64,000 bases of DNA from an uncultured Acidobacteriota bacterium (GCA_963811425.1 CAWERV010000009.1:115698-179697), one strand, 5' to 3'; counted from the first letter of the stretch, positions 1 through 11,635 are shown. The notes: a model not told the origin generated them from the sequence alone. Numbers and translations: made by a program.

Positions 1-252
<252 letters not shown>

Positions 253-256
253 GGGC

Positions 257-970
257 TCACTCTCCCCGCACCGACACGCCCAGCAGGTCGGCGCGCGAGG
301 GCGCCCATCCGGAGTCGAGGTTTCCGCGCAACCACGCGGACGCCAGGCGTGCGACTTCGGCGAGCGTGCCGGGCTCCTCGAAGAGATGGGAGGCGCCGGG
401 CACGACCGAGAGCTTCGATTCCTTCCCCAGGCGGGCGAGCGCAGCGCGGTTCAACGCGAGCACATCCGGGTCGCGGCTGCCGACGATCAGGAGCGTCGGC
501 GCCTTCACGCGTTCGAGGGCGTCGCCGGCGAGGTCGGGCCGCCCGCCGCGCGACACGATCGCCTTCACGGGGTCCCCGACCTCCGCGGCCGCGACCAGGG
601 CGGCGGCCGCGCCCGTCGAGGCCCCGAAGTAACCGAGCGGCAGCCCGCGCGCCTCGGGTCGCGCCTGGAGCCAGAGCGTGGCCGCTCTGAGACGCTCCGC
701 CAGAAACGCGATGTCGAAACGAAGGTGCCCGCGCTCGAGATCCGCGAGCTCCTCGTCCTGCGTGAGCAGGTCCATCAGGAGCGTTCCAAGGCCGGCCTCC
801 TGCAGGCTCGCGGCGACGAACTGATTGCGGGGGCTCTTGCGGCTGCTCCCGCTTCCGTGAGCGAACAGAACGATCCCGCAGGCCGGAGAAGGGAGGTTGA
901 ACTCTCCCTCGATCCAACCGGCGCCCGCCGGGATCCGAACGGCCTCGCGACGAACCGCTTCGCCGGCCAT
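257..970 (-). CDS. Alpha/beta hydrolase, dienelactone-hydrolase-like (PRTase-associated type)
   Basis: [26 protein letters not shown] nucleophile elbow, [21 protein letters not shown]; ends 4 nt before the PRTase start. Confidence 0.85.
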   Translation of the reverse strand: MAGEAVRREAVRIPAGAGWIEGEFNLPSPACGIVLFAHGSGSSRKSPRNQFVAASLQEAGLGTLLMDLLTQDEELADLERGHLRFDIAFLAERLRAATLWLQARPEARGLPLGYFGASTGAAAALVAAAEVGDPVKAIVSRGGRPDLAGDALERVKAPTLLIVGSRDPDVLALNRAALARLGKESKLSVVPGASHLFEEPGTLAEVARLASAWLRGNLDSGWAPSRADLLGVSVRGE

Positions 971-1158
971 GCCCGTATCCTGAATCCCTTTCCGGCGGCG
1001 GGGGATGATCCGTTCGCATCATCCGAAAGGAGCCCCTGCGGCGCCCGGCCGTCGTCCGGCCGCGCGCCCTGCCCGCGCTCCGGCGCTGGACAGCCGCATT
1101 TGCGCGGGCGTACTCTGGCCGCGGTCTCGGGGCATCGGGCCCCGGCAAGGAGCACGGG

Positions 1159-3054
1159 ATGAAGTCTTACGTGAGATTGACCGAGCCGATGGTGCGCGAA
1201 AACGGAAAGCTCCGGACGGCCACATGGGACGAAGCGCTGGGCAGGGCCGCGGAGGGATTCCGCAAGGTGCGCGCCGAGCATGGCGGGGAGGCGATCGGCC
1301 TCTTCTCCTGCTCGAAGGCGACGAACGAGGTCAACTACCTCGCTCAGAAATTTGCCCGGACGGTCCTCGGCACGAACAACATCGACAGCTGTAACCGCAC
1401 CTGACACGCGCCCAGCGTCGTCGGTCTGACGACGGTGTTCGGAGCGGGGGGCGGCACGAGCTCGTACCGCGAGGTCGAGGAGGCCGACCTCGTTCTCCTG
1501 TGGGGATCGAACGCGCGCGAAGCGCACCCCATCTACTTCCACCATGTCCTGAAGGGCGTGCACAACGGCGCGCGGCTGGTCGTCGTGGACCCGCGGCGCA
1601 CCGTGTCCGCGCAATGGGCGGACACCTGGCTCGGCCTCGACGTCGGCTCGGACATCGCGCTCGCCAACGCGATGGGGCGCGAGATCCTGCGGACCGGGCT
1701 CGAGAACCGCGAGTTCATCGCGCGGGCGACGACGGGCTTCGATGAATACCGTAAGGGCGTCGAGACGTACACGCTCGAGTATGCCGAGAAACAGACCGGC
1801 GTCCCGGCGGCGGCGATCCGCGACGTCGCGCACGCGTATGCGCGCGCCGGCAAGGCGCAGCTCTGCTGGACGCTCGGCATCACCGAGCACCACAACGCCG
1901 TGGACAATGTGTTCGCGCTGATCAACCTGTCGCTCCTGACGGGCCACGTCGGGCGCTGGGGCTCCGGCGTCGTCCCGCTGCGGGGACAGAACAATGTGCA
2001 GGGCGGCGGCGACATGGGCGCGCTGCCGAACAAGCTGCCGGGCGGCCAGGACGTCGAGGACCCGGAGTTGCGCGCAAAGTTCGAGCGCGCGTGGGGCGCC
2101 TCGATTCCGCCGAAGAAGGGCATGCACCTTTCGCAGATGTTCGAGGCCATGGAGCACAGGTCGCTCAAGGCCCTCTTCGTCCTCGGCGAGAACCCGGTGC
2201 AATCGGAGGCCGACCAGAAGCGCGCGGTGCACCTGCTCGAGGGCCTCGAGCTCGTCGTCGCGCAGGACACGTTCCTGACGAAGACGGCGGAGATCGCCCA
2301 CGTCGTCCTCCCGGCCGGCGCCTCGTGGTGCGAGGACGACGGCACCGTGACCTCGAGCGAGCGGCGGGTGCAGCGCGTGCGCAAGGCGCTCGAGCCGCCC
2401 GGGCAGGCGCGCGCGGATCTTGCGATCCTCGCCGACCTCGCGCGCAGTCTCGGAACCGACTGGGGTCATCCGACCGCCGAAGAGGTCTGGAACGAGCTGC
2501 GGGCCCTTTCGCCGTGGCACGGCGGGATGAGCTACGAGCGCCTCGAGAAGTTGAACGGCCTGGCCTGGCCGTGCCCCGACGAGTCGCATCCGGGCAGCCC
2601 GTTTCTCCACGGGCGGCTCTGGCAGGACCCGGTCGAGGGGCCGCGCGCGCCCTTCCACGCGGTCGAGCATGATCCTCCCGTCGACAAGCTCTCCGACGAG
2701 TTTCCGATCCGCCTGACGACGGGCCGAAGGCTCGACTCGTACAACACCGGAGTCCAGACGGCGGGTTACACCTCGCCGTTGCGCCGCGGCGAGTCGCTCG
2801 ACATTGCGCCCGAGGACGGCCGGCGCCTGGGAGTCGCCGACGGCGAGCTCGTGCGTGCCGTGTCGCGCCGCGGCGCGATCGAAGTGCCCGCGCGCTACGA
2901 CACGACGCTGCGGCCGGGGCTCGCATTCATGACGCTGCACTTCCAGGACGACGTCGCGACGAACATCCTCACGATCGACGCGATCGATCCAAAGTCCGGG
3001 ACGGCGGAGTTCAAGGCGTCGGCGATCCGGATCGAGTCGCTGCGCGGCGCTTGA
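1159..3054 (+). CDS. fdhF: Formate dehydrogenase catalytic (Mo/W-bisPGD) subunit, selenocysteine-containing (UGA at 1402-1404 = Sec82)
   Basis: ORFs 1159..1404 and 1435..3054 are in the same frame, separated only by TGA in IDSCNRT*HAPSVVGL, matching the FdhF motif C-x-R-x-U-H-x-P-S. Also LRGQNNVQG (catalytic Arg), LTTGR, and a C-terminal molydopterin-binding domain. AAGGAG RBS upstream; SECIS hairpin follows the UGA. Confidence 0.9.
1405..1434 (+). promoter_or_regulatory. Bacterial SECIS element
   Basis: 11-nt spacer after the UGA, then a perfect 7-bp stem CGTCGTC/GACGACG (1416-1422/1428-1434) closing a GGTCT loop. The spacing and loop sequence resemble the E. coli fdhF SECIS. Confidence 0.85.
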
Positions 3055-3055
3055 A

Positions 3056-3103
3056 GGGATCCTTCGGCCTCGCTCGGGCCCAGGCAGGACCTCGAAGGAC
3101 CCC
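3056..3103. repeat. REP-like imperfect palindrome, family A copy 1
   Basis: GGGATCCTTCG...CGAAGGACCCC inverted repeat just after the fdh stop; aligns by eye with 21072-21116. Confidence 0.6.
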
Positions 3104-3164
3104 CTCTTGTGTCCGGGGTGCAAGGTCCGTCGTGCCCACTTGTCGCCGCTGCTAAAGTACCCGC

Positions 3165-5019
3165 GTGGATCTCCACCTCATCCCGGGCGCGGAGGCGAGC
3201 GCGGAGGAGCGCGCGGCCGTGGACACGGTGACGGGCGCCCCGACGAGCGGCTGGGACGGCGGCGCGCGGCACCCGGAGACGGACGGCCATCTGGCGATCG
3301 GCGGCCACGCGGCCCGCGAGCGGCGCCATCTTCTGTTGCCGGCGCTCTGGGCGGCGCAGTCGCGCGTGGGATGGATTTCAGCCGGCGCTCTCAACTACGT
3401 CTGCGAGCGGCTTTCGGTCGCACCGGCCGATGCGTACGGCGTCGCAACGTTCTACGCGATGCTCTCCGTCTCCCCGCAGCCGAAGACGATCGTGCACGTC
3501 TGCGACGACATCGCGTGCCGGCTCGCGGGCGCGCCGGCGCTGCTCTCGGAGCTGCGGAAAGGATCTGCCGCCGACACCGTGAGGCCGTCGCCGTGCCTCG
3601 GCCTGTGCGAGCGCGCGCCGGCGGCTCTCCTCCAGTGCGCGGGCGAAGGGCGCGAAGGACTACGTCGGTGGCGCCGGCGGACGCGATCCAGTCTCTCTCC
3701 TCGCTTCCCTAGCCTCCTCCGCCGGGAAAGGGCAGGGGGACGGGGCGGCTCCCGCTCCGCCCCTCAAACGCCGGGACGCGCGCCGCTCGAATCTCCGCCT
3801 TCTGCGCCGCGTCGGCCACGTGGACCCGACGAGCCTCGACGACTACCGGGGCGAACGGCGGCTACGCGGCCCTGCCGCGGCCCTCGCGCTCGGCCGCGAG
3901 GGGGTGATCCGCGAGGCGCTCGCCTCGAAGCTCCAGGGCCGCGGCGGTGCGGCGTTCCCGGCCGGGCGCAAGTGGGAGGCCGTGGCGAAGCAGCCCGTAC
4001 AGCCGCATTACCTCGTCTGCAATGCCGACGAGTCGGAGCCGGGAACCTTCAAGGACCGTGTGCTCATGGAAGAGGACCCGTTCGCCGTCGTCGAGGCGAT
4101 GACGATCGTGGCCTTCGCGACGGGCTGCCACAAGGGCTACGTCTACATCCGGGGCGAGTACCCGCTCGCCGCCGAACGCGTCGAGACCGCTATCGCCGCC
4201 GCCCGCGCCGCGGGCCTGCTCGGGGCAAACATCCTCGGGGGGGGCCTTTCCTTCGACATCGAGGTCCGCCGCGGCGCGGGCGCGTACATCTGCGGCGAGG
4301 AGACGGCGCTCTTCAACTCGATCGAAGGATTCCGCGGCGAGCCGCGCAACAAGCCGCCCTTCCCGGTCGAGAAGGGGCTCTTCGGCAAGCCCACCGTGAT
4401 CAACAACGTGGAGACCCTCGTCAACGTCCTGCAGATCGCCCTCGAGGGAGGCGCAGCGTTTGCCGCGACCGGGACCGGCCAGTCCACCGGCCCCAAGCTC
4501 TTCTGCATCTCGGGCCACGTCGCGCGGCCCGGCGTCTACGAAGTCCCGTTCGGGGCGACGCTGCGGCAGCTGATCGAGCTCGCGGGCGGCGTCCGCGGCG
4601 GGGGCGGCGTGCGCGCGGTGCTGCTCGGCGGCGCCGCGGGATCGTTCGTGGGCCCGGGCGAGCTCGACGTGCCGCTGACCTTCGAAGGCACGCGAGCAAT
4701 CAACGCCTCGCTCGGCTCGGGCGTCATCATGGTCTTCGATGAACGAGCAGACCTGGCCGACACGGTCAAACGCATCGCGGCATTCTTTCGTGACGAGTCG
4801 TGCGGCCAGTGCGTTCCCTGTCGCGTCGGGACCGAACGGCAGGAGGAGCTGGTCTCGCGCCTCGACGCGAAGCGCCCGTACAAGAGCGCCGCCGAGGAGG
4901 ACGCCCTGCTGGACGACATCGCCCGCGCGATGAAGGACGCCTCGATCTGCGGCCTCGGGCAGACCGCATCGGGCGCGATCCAGTCCGCCATCCGTAAGCT
5001 CGGGGTCTTCTCCGCATGA
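3165..5019 (+). CDS. NuoE/NuoF-like fused diaphorase subunit of NAD-linked FDH (frameshifted around 3650-3860)
   Basis: The N-part has the NuoE 2Fe-2S motifs (VCDDIAC, SPCLGLC). The C-part has NuoF motifs (GRGGAAFP, CNADESEPGTFKDR, GAGAYICGEETAL, ESCGQCVPCRVG, SICGLG). The linker switches frames, probably through indel errors. Confidence 0.8.
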
Positions 5020-5960
5020 CCGAACCGCGCCGCCGCATCCAGCCGGAGAACCCCGTCGAGCTGACGATCGACGGGAAGACCGTGACCGTTGCGCAGGGGA
5101 CGACGATCCTCGAGGCCTGCCGAGCGGAAAAGATCGACACGCCGACGCTCTGCTTCCTCGAGACCCTGACCCCCGTCAACGTCTGCCGCCTCTGCGTCGT
5201 CGAGGTCGAGGGATCGCGCGCACTCGTGCCCGCCTGCTCGCGGCCGGTCGAGGCGAAGATGAAGGTCCAGACCGACAGCGAGCGCGTCCGCCTCTCGCGC
5301 AAGCTCGTCCTCGAGTTGCTCGGCTCGTCGGCCGACCTCTCGGGCGCCTCGGACGACGTCGGGCGCTGGATGAAGCGCTACCGGGCGAACCCCGCGCGCT
5401 TCGGGCCTCCCGCGCCGCCGGCCGCAGCGGGCCAGCGCGACGAGGCCATGCCCGGCCACCACCATGCGGCCGAGGCCGGACGCGCCGCCACCGTCGCGCA
5501 GCCGGTGAAGTTGGACAACGAGCTCTACGTCCGGGATTACTCCCGGTGCATCCTCTGCTACAAGTGCGTCCAGGCCTGCGGGACGGAGGCGCAGAACACG
5601 TTTGCGATCGCCGTCGCGGGGCGCGGCTTCGACGCGCGCATCTCGACCGAGTTCGCCGCACCGCTGCCCGACTCCGCCTGCGTCTACTGCGGCAACTGCA
5701 TCGGCGTCTGCCCGACGGGCGCCCTGATGTTCAAGAGCGAGCACGACATGCGCAAGGCCGGGACCTGGGACGAATCGCGCCAGACCGTGACCGACACAAT
5801 CTGCCCCTACTGCGGCGTCGGCTGCACGCTCGAGCTCCGCGTGCAGGACAACGAGATCGTCCGCGTCACTTCGCCCCTCGACCACGACGTCACGAACGGG
5901 CACCTCTGCGTCAAGGGCCGATTCGGCTGGCAGTTCGTCCAGAACCGGCCGAAGGAGTGA
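5016..5960 (+). CDS. FDH Fe-S subunit (NuoG-like 2Fe-2S + 2x4Fe-4S + Molybdop-Fe4S4 domain), i.e. the detached N-terminus of FDH alpha
   Basis: PTLC...CRLCVVEV...C, CILCYKCVQAC, CVYCGNCIGVCPTGAL, TICPYCGVGC...LCVKGRFG; ATGA overlap with the upstream gene. Confidence 0.9.
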   Translation: MTEPRRRIQPENPVELTIDGKTVTVAQGTTILEACRAEKIDTPTLCFLETLTPVNVCRLCVVEVEGSRALVPACSRPVEAKMKVQTDSERVRLSRKLVLELLGSSADLSGASDDVGRWMKRYRANPARFGPPAPPAAAGQRDEAMPGHHHAAEAGRAATVAQPVKLDNELYVRDYSRCILCYKCVQACGTEAQNTFAIAVAGRGFDARISTEFAAPLPDSACVYCGNCIGVCPTGALMFKSEHDMRKAGTWDESRQTVTDTICPYCGVGCTLELRVQDNEIVRVTSPLDHDVTNGHLCVKGRFGWQFVQNRPKE

Positions 5961-5964
5961 GCGC

Positions 5965-6696
5965 ATGCTGATGCGGCTGCGGCGGCTGCTCGGCATCGCG
6001 AAAGCGCTGCCCGGGCGCGCGGCGGGGCCAGGGTCCATGGACTACAAGTTCGTGTGGAACCAGGCGGCCGCCGCGGATGCCCACGACGCCATCCTGACGG
6101 GCTCGACCGCCGAGTCCTTCGAATCGAGCGGCCGGTCGGACGCCGACATGGTCGGCCGCTACCTGCGGGGCGAGGACGTCGTCCTGAACATCGGCTGCGG
6201 GGTCGGGCGCGTGGAGCGCTACCTCGCGCCGAAAGTCCGGGAGCTCTGGGCCGTGGACATCAGCGGCGAGATGCTCCGGCTCGCGCGAAAGCGGCTCGAG
6301 GGCCTGTCCAACGTGCATCTGCGCGAAGTCGGAAACCGGGATTTCCTCTCCTCGTTCGAGGCGGAGCGCTTCGACCTCGTCTTTTCCTTCCTGGTGCTCC
6401 AGCACCTCGAGAAGGAAGATGCCTTCCTGTACCTGCGAGACGCCTGGCGCGTGCTCAAACCCGGCGGAGCGCTCGTGACGCAGTTTCCGAACTACCTCTC
6501 GTCGGCCTACACGCGCGCTTTCATCGAAGGCGCGGCCGTCGCGCACCGCAGCCCCGGCCGCGTCCGCGCCTCGACCGAGGCGGAGGTCCGCCACACCCTG
6601 GCGATCCTCGATTTCGAGATCGCCGACCTCTGGTACGGCGGGCACGGCGACGCCACGGCCGAAATCTACGTTGCGGCGCACAAGCCGCTGGCGTAG
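5965..6696 (+). CDS. Class I SAM-dependent methyltransferase
   Basis: VLNIGCGVGR motif I, AVDISGEML, FDLVFSFLVLQH, RVLKPGG; starts 4 nt after the FDH Fe-S gene. Confidence 0.85.
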   Translation: MLMRLRRLLGIAKALPGRAAGPGSMDYKFVWNQAAAADAHDAILTGSTAESFESSGRSDADMVGRYLRGEDVVLNIGCGVGRVERYLAPKVRELWAVDISGEMLRLARKRLEGLSNVHLREVGNRDFLSSFEAERFDLVFSFLVLQHLEKEDAFLYLRDAWRVLKPGGALVTQFPNYLSSAYTRAFIEGAAVAHRSPGRVRASTEAEVRHTLAILDFEIADLWYGGHGDATAEIYVAAHKPLA

Positions 6697-6763
6697 CTTC
6701 GCGAACGCGACCGCCAAGAGCGCCGCCCCCGCCCGGTAGCGGGAGCGGCGCGCCGGCCGCGGA

Positions 6764-8308
6764 TCACTCCTGGTTCGTCTGGAGCGCCTTCACGACGTCG
6801 TCGATGGAGAAGCTGCCGGGCTTCTGGCTCGGCGGGAATTCCTTGAACGTGGCCAGGAACTGGCCGATGTACTGCTGCGCCGGCACGAGCAGGAAGGCGT
6901 GCTCGATGCGCCACTTCGGGTAGCTGATGCTCTCGTGGTCGGCCGTCTCGAACGGGTCGGAGCGGATGTTGAAGAGCTTCGGGAAGCGCAGCAGGACGAA
7001 CGGGTCCTGCCAGACGTCGAGGCCGATGGCGCGCTGTTCCGCGAAGACGATCTTCCACTCGTTGTAGCGCAGGGCCACCAGCGAGCCGTCGTCGTTGAAG
7101 TAGAAGAACTCCTTGCGCGGGTCGGGCGCCTTGCCGGCGAGCGCATCGGTGATGTTGTAGCCGTCCAGGTGCACCTTGAAGGTGCCGTTGCCGACCTTCA
7201 TCCCCTTCAGGAGCTGCTCCTTGACGTCGGGCACGCCGGCGGCGGCGAGCAGCGTCGGGAGCATGTCTTCGTGCGCGAAGAGGTCGTTGTTGACGGATCC
7301 GGGCTTGATCACGCCGGGCCACTTGATGAAGCACGGCACGCGGAACCCGCCCTCCCAGTTGCTCGCCTTCTCGTTGCGGAAGGGCGAGGTGCCGCCGTCG
7401 GGCCACGAGAACTTCTCGGCGCCGTTGTCGGTGGAATACATGACGATCGTGTTGTCGTCGAGGCCGAGCTCCTTCAACTTGTCGAGGAGCTGTCCGACCT
7501 GCGCGTCGTGCTCGACCATGCCGTCGGGGTAGGTGCCGAGACCGGTCTTGCCCTGGCTCTCTTTCTTGAGGTGCGTCCAGATGTGCATACGCGTCGAGTT
7601 CCACCACAGGAAGAACGGCTTGTTCGCCTTCTTCGCGCGCTCGAGGTACTCGAGCGAGGCCTTCGTGATCTCCTCGTCGATCGTCTCCATGCGCTTCTTG
7701 CCGAGCGGGCCGGTGGACTCGATCTTCTGCGTGCCGTCGGGATTGGCCCACGTGTGGATCACGCCGCGCGTCTGGTACTTCTTGATGAGGGCCGGGTCCT
7801 TGAAGTAGTCCGGGTCCTCGAACTCTTCCTCGGCGTTCAGGTGGTAGAGCGAGCCCATGAACTCGTCGAACCCGTGCGCGGTCGGCAGGTGCTCGTCGAG
7901 GTCGCCGAGATGGTTCTTGCCGAACTGCGCCGTCATGTAGCCCTGCGCCTTGAGCAGCTGGGCGATCGTCACGTCGCGCGCCTGGAGGCCTTCCTTGGCG
8001 CCCGGCAGGCCGACCTTGAGCAGGCCCGTCCGGAACCCGACCTGTCCGGTGATGAACGCCGCGCGGCCGGCGGTGCAGCTCTGCTGGCCGTACCAGTCGG
8101 TGAACAGGGCCCCTTCCTTCGCGATGCGGTCGATGTTCGGCGTCCGGTAGCCCATCATGCCCTGGTTGTAGGCGCTGACGTTCCAGTAGCCGATGTCGTC
8201 GCCCCAGATGACGAGGATGTTCGGCTTCTTCGCCTGCGCCCGCAGGATCGCCGGCGCCCACAGCGCGACGACTGCGAAGACCGCGACCCGGGTGAGCGTT
8301 CTTCTCAT
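6764..8308 (-). CDS. Secreted arylsulfatase (formylglycine type)
   Basis: Signal peptide, KPNILVIWGDDIG, SCTAGR (Cys to FGly) motif, GKNHLG, STDNG; GAGGAG RBS before ATG 8308. Confidence 0.9.
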   Translation of the reverse strand: MRRTLTRVAVFAVVALWAPAILRAQAKKPNILVIWGDDIGYWNVSAYNQGMMGYRTPNIDRIAKEGALFTDWYGQQSCTAGRAAFITGQVGFRTGLLKVGLPGAKEGLQARDVTIAQLLKAQGYMTAQFGKNHLGDLDEHLPTAHGFDEFMGSLYHLNAEEEFEDPDYFKDPALIKKYQTRGVIHTWANPDGTQKIESTGPLGKKRMETIDEEITKASLEYLERAKKANKPFFLWWNSTRMHIWTHLKKESQGKTGLGTYPDGMVEHDAQVGQLLDKLKELGLDDNTIVMYSTDNGAEKFSWPDGGTSPFRNEKASNWEGGFRVPCFIKWPGVIKPGSVNNDLFAHEDMLPTLLAAAGVPDVKEQLLKGMKVGNGTFKVHLDGYNITDALAGKAPDPRKEFFYFNDDGSLVALRYNEWKIVFAEQRAIGLDVWQDPFVLLRFPKLFNIRSDPFETADHESISYPKWRIEHAFLLVPAQQYIGQFLATFKEFPPSQKPGSFSIDDVVKALQTNQE

Positions 8309-8569
8309 GCCTGGCTCCTCATGTTTGATGTTGCGTCGGTGCCGGGAAAACTCGGCAGTCTTCCGGATCTGGCGATCGTATCCCGGTCCCGCACTCCCTC
8401 CAAGGGTAGGCCGAGGAGGCCGGCCAGCGGAAAGGACAGGGCGCAGCGCAACGCGGCCGATATCTTTCATCATGCGGTCACCGCGGGGCCGGACATTCAG
8501 CCAGGCGAGTACGGCCGTGCTACCCTTTCGAACGAGAGCGTTCGCATCGTCAAGAACACCAACTCGAGG

Positions 8570-10066
8570 TTGAGAAACCGCCGTACCGCCGCCGTCGCGG
8601 CACTGACCCTCCTTCTCTCGAGCCTTCCCGTCCCCGCACCGGCCGAGGACCGCGCGACGATCCTCTGGAAGGGCGAGTCGTACCCCGTCGGAACGCTCGG
8701 CGGCAAGGAGTTCGTCGTCTCGGATGCCGCGCGGGCGCTTGGCTACACCGTTGCCTCAGACCCGTCGACGGGCGTCCTGACGCTGACCGGCCAGGGCCAC
8801 CAGATCCTGCTCGGCCCCGGCACGGCACAGGTGCCCGTGGACCGCCGCATCATTCCGATCTCGCTGCCGGCGCGGGTCGTCGGCGGTTCGCTCTACGCCC
8901 CCGCGGACTTCTTCGAGAAGGTCCTCTTCCCGCTCGCGGGAGCCGCGGGCAGCTACGATGCGGCAAAACGCGTCTGGACCCTGACGGCCGCCGGGCCGCC
9001 GCCACTTTCGATCGAGGTTGCCGTCGTGCACGTCGCGCCGACGACGCAGGTCGTGCTGCGGCTCTCGGCCTCCGCGAAAACCGCGACGGTGCTTTCCGAG
9101 AAGGGCTTCGCGGTCCGGTTCACCGATACGAAGATCGATCCGCCCTTCCCCGAGAAGAAGTTCGACGATCCGCTCGTGGCCGTGGTCCGCTTCTCGGGCG
9201 ATATCGCGACGGTCGAGTTTCGCGAGCCGAACCAGACGGCGCGCGCATACCCGCTCACGAACCCGGACCGCCTCGTCATCGAAGTCGGCCGCAAGTCCGC
9301 GGCGGCCGCCGCGTCGGTCGAGCCGGCGGCGCCCGCCCCGGCCGCGGTGCCGCTGCTGACGGTCGTCGTCGACCCCGGCCACGGCGGCACCGAGACCGGG
9401 GCGATCGGCCCCGGCGGCCTGCAGGAGAAGGAGGCGACGCTCGAGATCGCGAAGCGGCTCGTCGCCACCTTGCCGAAAGTCCTCTCCTGCCGCGCGGTGC
9501 TCACGCGCGATTCGGACGTCCTCATCCCGCTCGACGACCGCGCCTCGATCGCGAACCACGAGAGAGCGGACCTGTTCCTGTCGGTCCACGCCAATTCCTC
9601 GCGGGCCGCTTCCGCGAAGGGCTCGGAGACGTATTACCTCTCGCTCGAGGCGTCGGACAAGATCGCCCAGGACGTCGCGAAAGAAGAGAACCAGGCCGGC
9701 GCGCCCGCCGGCGGCGGCCCGACGGACGCGGCCGGCAACCACGATCTCGACTTCGTCCTGTGGGACCTGGCTCAGAGCGCGCACCTGAAGGACTCGAGCG
9801 AGCTCGCCGAATCGATCCAGGTCGAGTTGAATGGCGTCTCGGACACGGCCAACCGCGGGATCAAGCAGGCGCCCTTCCGCGTCCTGGTCGGCGCGACGAT
9901 GCCGGCCGTTCTCGTCGAGCTCGCGTTCATCTCGAACGCCGACGAAGAGAAGAGGCTCAAGGATCCGGAGTTCCAGCAGAGGGTCGCCGACGCCGTGGCG
10001 CGGGCCGTCGCCCGCTTCTTCTCGAAGCGGCATCCCGCCGCGGTGCGTCCCACGCCTGTCCCATGA
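8570..10066 (+). CDS. N-acetylmuramoyl-L-alanine amidase (Amidase_3, AmiA/C-like) with N-terminal accessory domains
   Basis: Signal peptide after TTG 8570 (start approximate), [32 protein letters not shown] zinc-amidase motifs. Confidence 0.88.
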   Translation: MRNRRTAAVAALTLLLSSLPVPAPAEDRATILWKGESYPVGTLGGKEFVVSDAARALGYTVASDPSTGVLTLTGQGHQILLGPGTAQVPVDRRIIPISLPARVVGGSLYAPADFFEKVLFPLAGAAGSYDAAKRVWTLTAAGPPPLSIEVAVVHVAPTTQVVLRLSASAKTATVLSEKGFAVRFTDTKIDPPFPEKKFDDPLVAVVRFSGDIATVEFREPNQTARAYPLTNPDRLVIEVGRKSAAAAASVEPAAPAPAAVPLLTVVVDPGHGGTETGAIGPGGLQEKEATLEIAKRLVATLPKVLSCRAVLTRDSDVLIPLDDRASIANHERADLFLSVHANSSRAASAKGSETYYLSLEASDKIAQDVAKEENQAGAPAGGGPTDAAGNHDLDFVLWDLAQSAHLKDSSELAESIQVELNGVSDTANRGIKQAPFRVLVGATMPAVLVELAFISNADEEKRLKDPEFQQRVADAVARAVARFFSKRHPAAVRPTPVP

Positions 10067-10776
10067 GCCGGCGCGCGGCCGCGGTCCTGCTCGCCGTGCT
10101 GGCGGCCGCCGTCGCGGCGCTTCTCCTCGTCAATCGCAGCGGCCTGCCCCGCTTCGCGCGGCGCGGGCCGCGCGCGTTCCTGCGCGTTTCGCCGGCCGCG
10201 CCGGCGCTCGTGACGGCGGTCCCGGGCGCGACCCCGCTGCCCGTGATCGAAACGATCCGCGTGACGCTCTACTTTCCGGACCAGGACGGGCTGCTTCTGC
10301 ATCCGGAGGAGCGGGACATACCGAAACCCGCGGGCGGCCCAGCGTTCCTGAAGGCGCTCTTCGCGGAGCTGCAGAAGGGCCCTGCCCGCGAGGGCCTCAT
10401 GTCGGCGGTGCCCGAAAAGATGCAGCTGCGCAACGCATTTCTGCTTCCGGAGGGCCAGGCCGTCCTCGACCTGGCCGTCGACGCGGGACTGGCATTCGGC
10501 TCGGACGAAGAGCTGACGATCGTCGCCTCGCTCGTCGACACCACGCTGCAAAACGTGGCCGAGACGTCCCGTGTGAGAATCCTCGTCAACGGCGAGCCCG
10601 CCGAAACACTGGGAGGCCACGTGGACCTGACGCGACCGCTGCTCTTCATTCGCAGTGTCATCGAACCGCCGGGGGCGGAAGCGGCTGCCGCACCGACGCC
10701 CGCCGCCACGCCGACAGCGCCCGTGCGGCCGACCGCCACGCCGCGCCCGCAGCCGACGCGCGCGGGCCGGCCATGA
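10063..10776 (+). CDS. GerMN-domain membrane-anchored protein
   Basis: N-terminal [37 protein letters not shown]; ATGA overlap; Pro/Thr-rich tail; usual amidase-GerMN-rph context. Confidence 0.8.
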   Translation: MSRRAAAVLLAVLAAAVAALLLVNRSGLPRFARRGPRAFLRVSPAAPALVTAVPGATPLPVIETIRVTLYFPDQDGLLLHPEERDIPKPAGGPAFLKALFAELQKGPAREGLMSAVPEKMQLRNAFLLPEGQAVLDLAVDAGLAFGSDEELTIVASLVDTTLQNVAETSRVRILVNGEPAETLGGHVDLTRPLLFIRSVIEPPGAEAAAAPTPAATPTAPVRPTATPRPQPTRAGRP

Positions 10777-11528
10777 GCCGCTCGACGCCGCGCCCCGACG
10801 GGCGCAAGCCCGCCGAGCTGCGCGCGGTCGCGATCGAGACCGGCGTCGCCCGCCACGCCGAGGGCTCCGCCCTGATTTCGCTGGGACACACGAAGGTCCT
10901 CTGCGCGGCGTCCATCGAAGACCGCGTTCCCGCGTTTCTCAAGGGCACGGGCAGCGGCTGGGTCACGGCCGAGTACGGGATGCTCCCGCGCGCGACGCAC
11001 ACGCGATCCGCACGCGAGGCGGCGCAGGGCAAGCAGGGGGGACGCACGCTCGAAATCCAGCGCCTGATCGGGCGTTCGCTGCGCAGCGTCACGGAGCTGC
11101 GGGGGCTCGGCGAGCGCACGATCACCCTCGACTGCGACGTCCTGCAGGCCGACGGCGGCACGCGCTGCGCCGGAATCACGGGCGCGTGCGTGGCGCTCGC
11201 CATGGCGCTCGCGAAGCTCTGCCGCGACGGCAAGATCCCGCGCTGGCCCCTGCGCGAGACGGTCGCCGCGGTCTCGGTCGGGATCTGCGCGGGTCAGGCC
11301 GTGCTGGATCTCGCCTACGAGGAGGACTCGGAAGCCGACGTCGACTGCAACGTCGTCGCCACCGCCTCCGGCCATTTCGTCGAGATCCAGGGCACCGCGG
11401 AGCGGCGGCCGTTCTCCGAGGAGCAGCTGACGGAGATCCTCGCGCTCGCGCGCAAGGGGCTGAAGAAGCTGCGGGAGCTGCAGAGCGAGGCACTGGCGCC
11501 GCACGTCGAGGGGATCGACGTCACGTAG
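10773..11528 (+). CDS. rph: Ribonuclease PH
   Basis: [58 protein letters not shown]. Confidence 0.95.
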   Translation: MSRSTPRPDGRKPAELRAVAIETGVARHAEGSALISLGHTKVLCAASIEDRVPAFLKGTGSGWVTAEYGMLPRATHTRSAREAAQGKQGGRTLEIQRLIGRSLRSVTELRGLGERTITLDCDVLQADGGTRCAGITGACVALAMALAKLCRDGKIPRWPLRETVAAVSVGICAGQAVLDLAYEEDSEADVDCNVVATASGHFVEIQGTAERRPFSEEQLTEILALARKGLKKLRELQSEALAPHVEGIDVT

Positions 11529-11635
11529 ATCGCCCGGGCGGCCGGCTCACCTGGTGGACGGTCTCGATCATGTTCCTGCGAGAACCGCCGCCGCGTCTAG
11601 AATCACTTCGTCTCGTATTCGACAAGGAGCCGCAC

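Noticed and set aside
1435-3054. Separate 539-aa ORF plus an 81-aa upstream ORF, or a nonsense pseudogene
   Set aside because: The TGA lies at the catalytic Cys/Sec position with a SECIS behind it, so a single selenoprotein is the better explanation.
775-3123. Long antisense or alternate-frame ORFs (also 13572..16076, 17477..19873, 22101..24869, 40733..43654, 61469..63697 and many others)
   Set aside because: Shadow ORFs produced by high GC3 codon bias opposite well-supported genes; they show no motifs.
3650-3860. Programmed ribosomal frameshifting in the NuoEF linker or other genes
   Set aside because: No slippery heptamer or stimulator was seen, and multiple scattered indels fit sequencing error better.
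6899-10066. 1055-aa fusion ORF
   Set aside because: The first ~550 codons are the antisense of the arylsulfatase; the real amidase starts near 8570 with a signal peptide.
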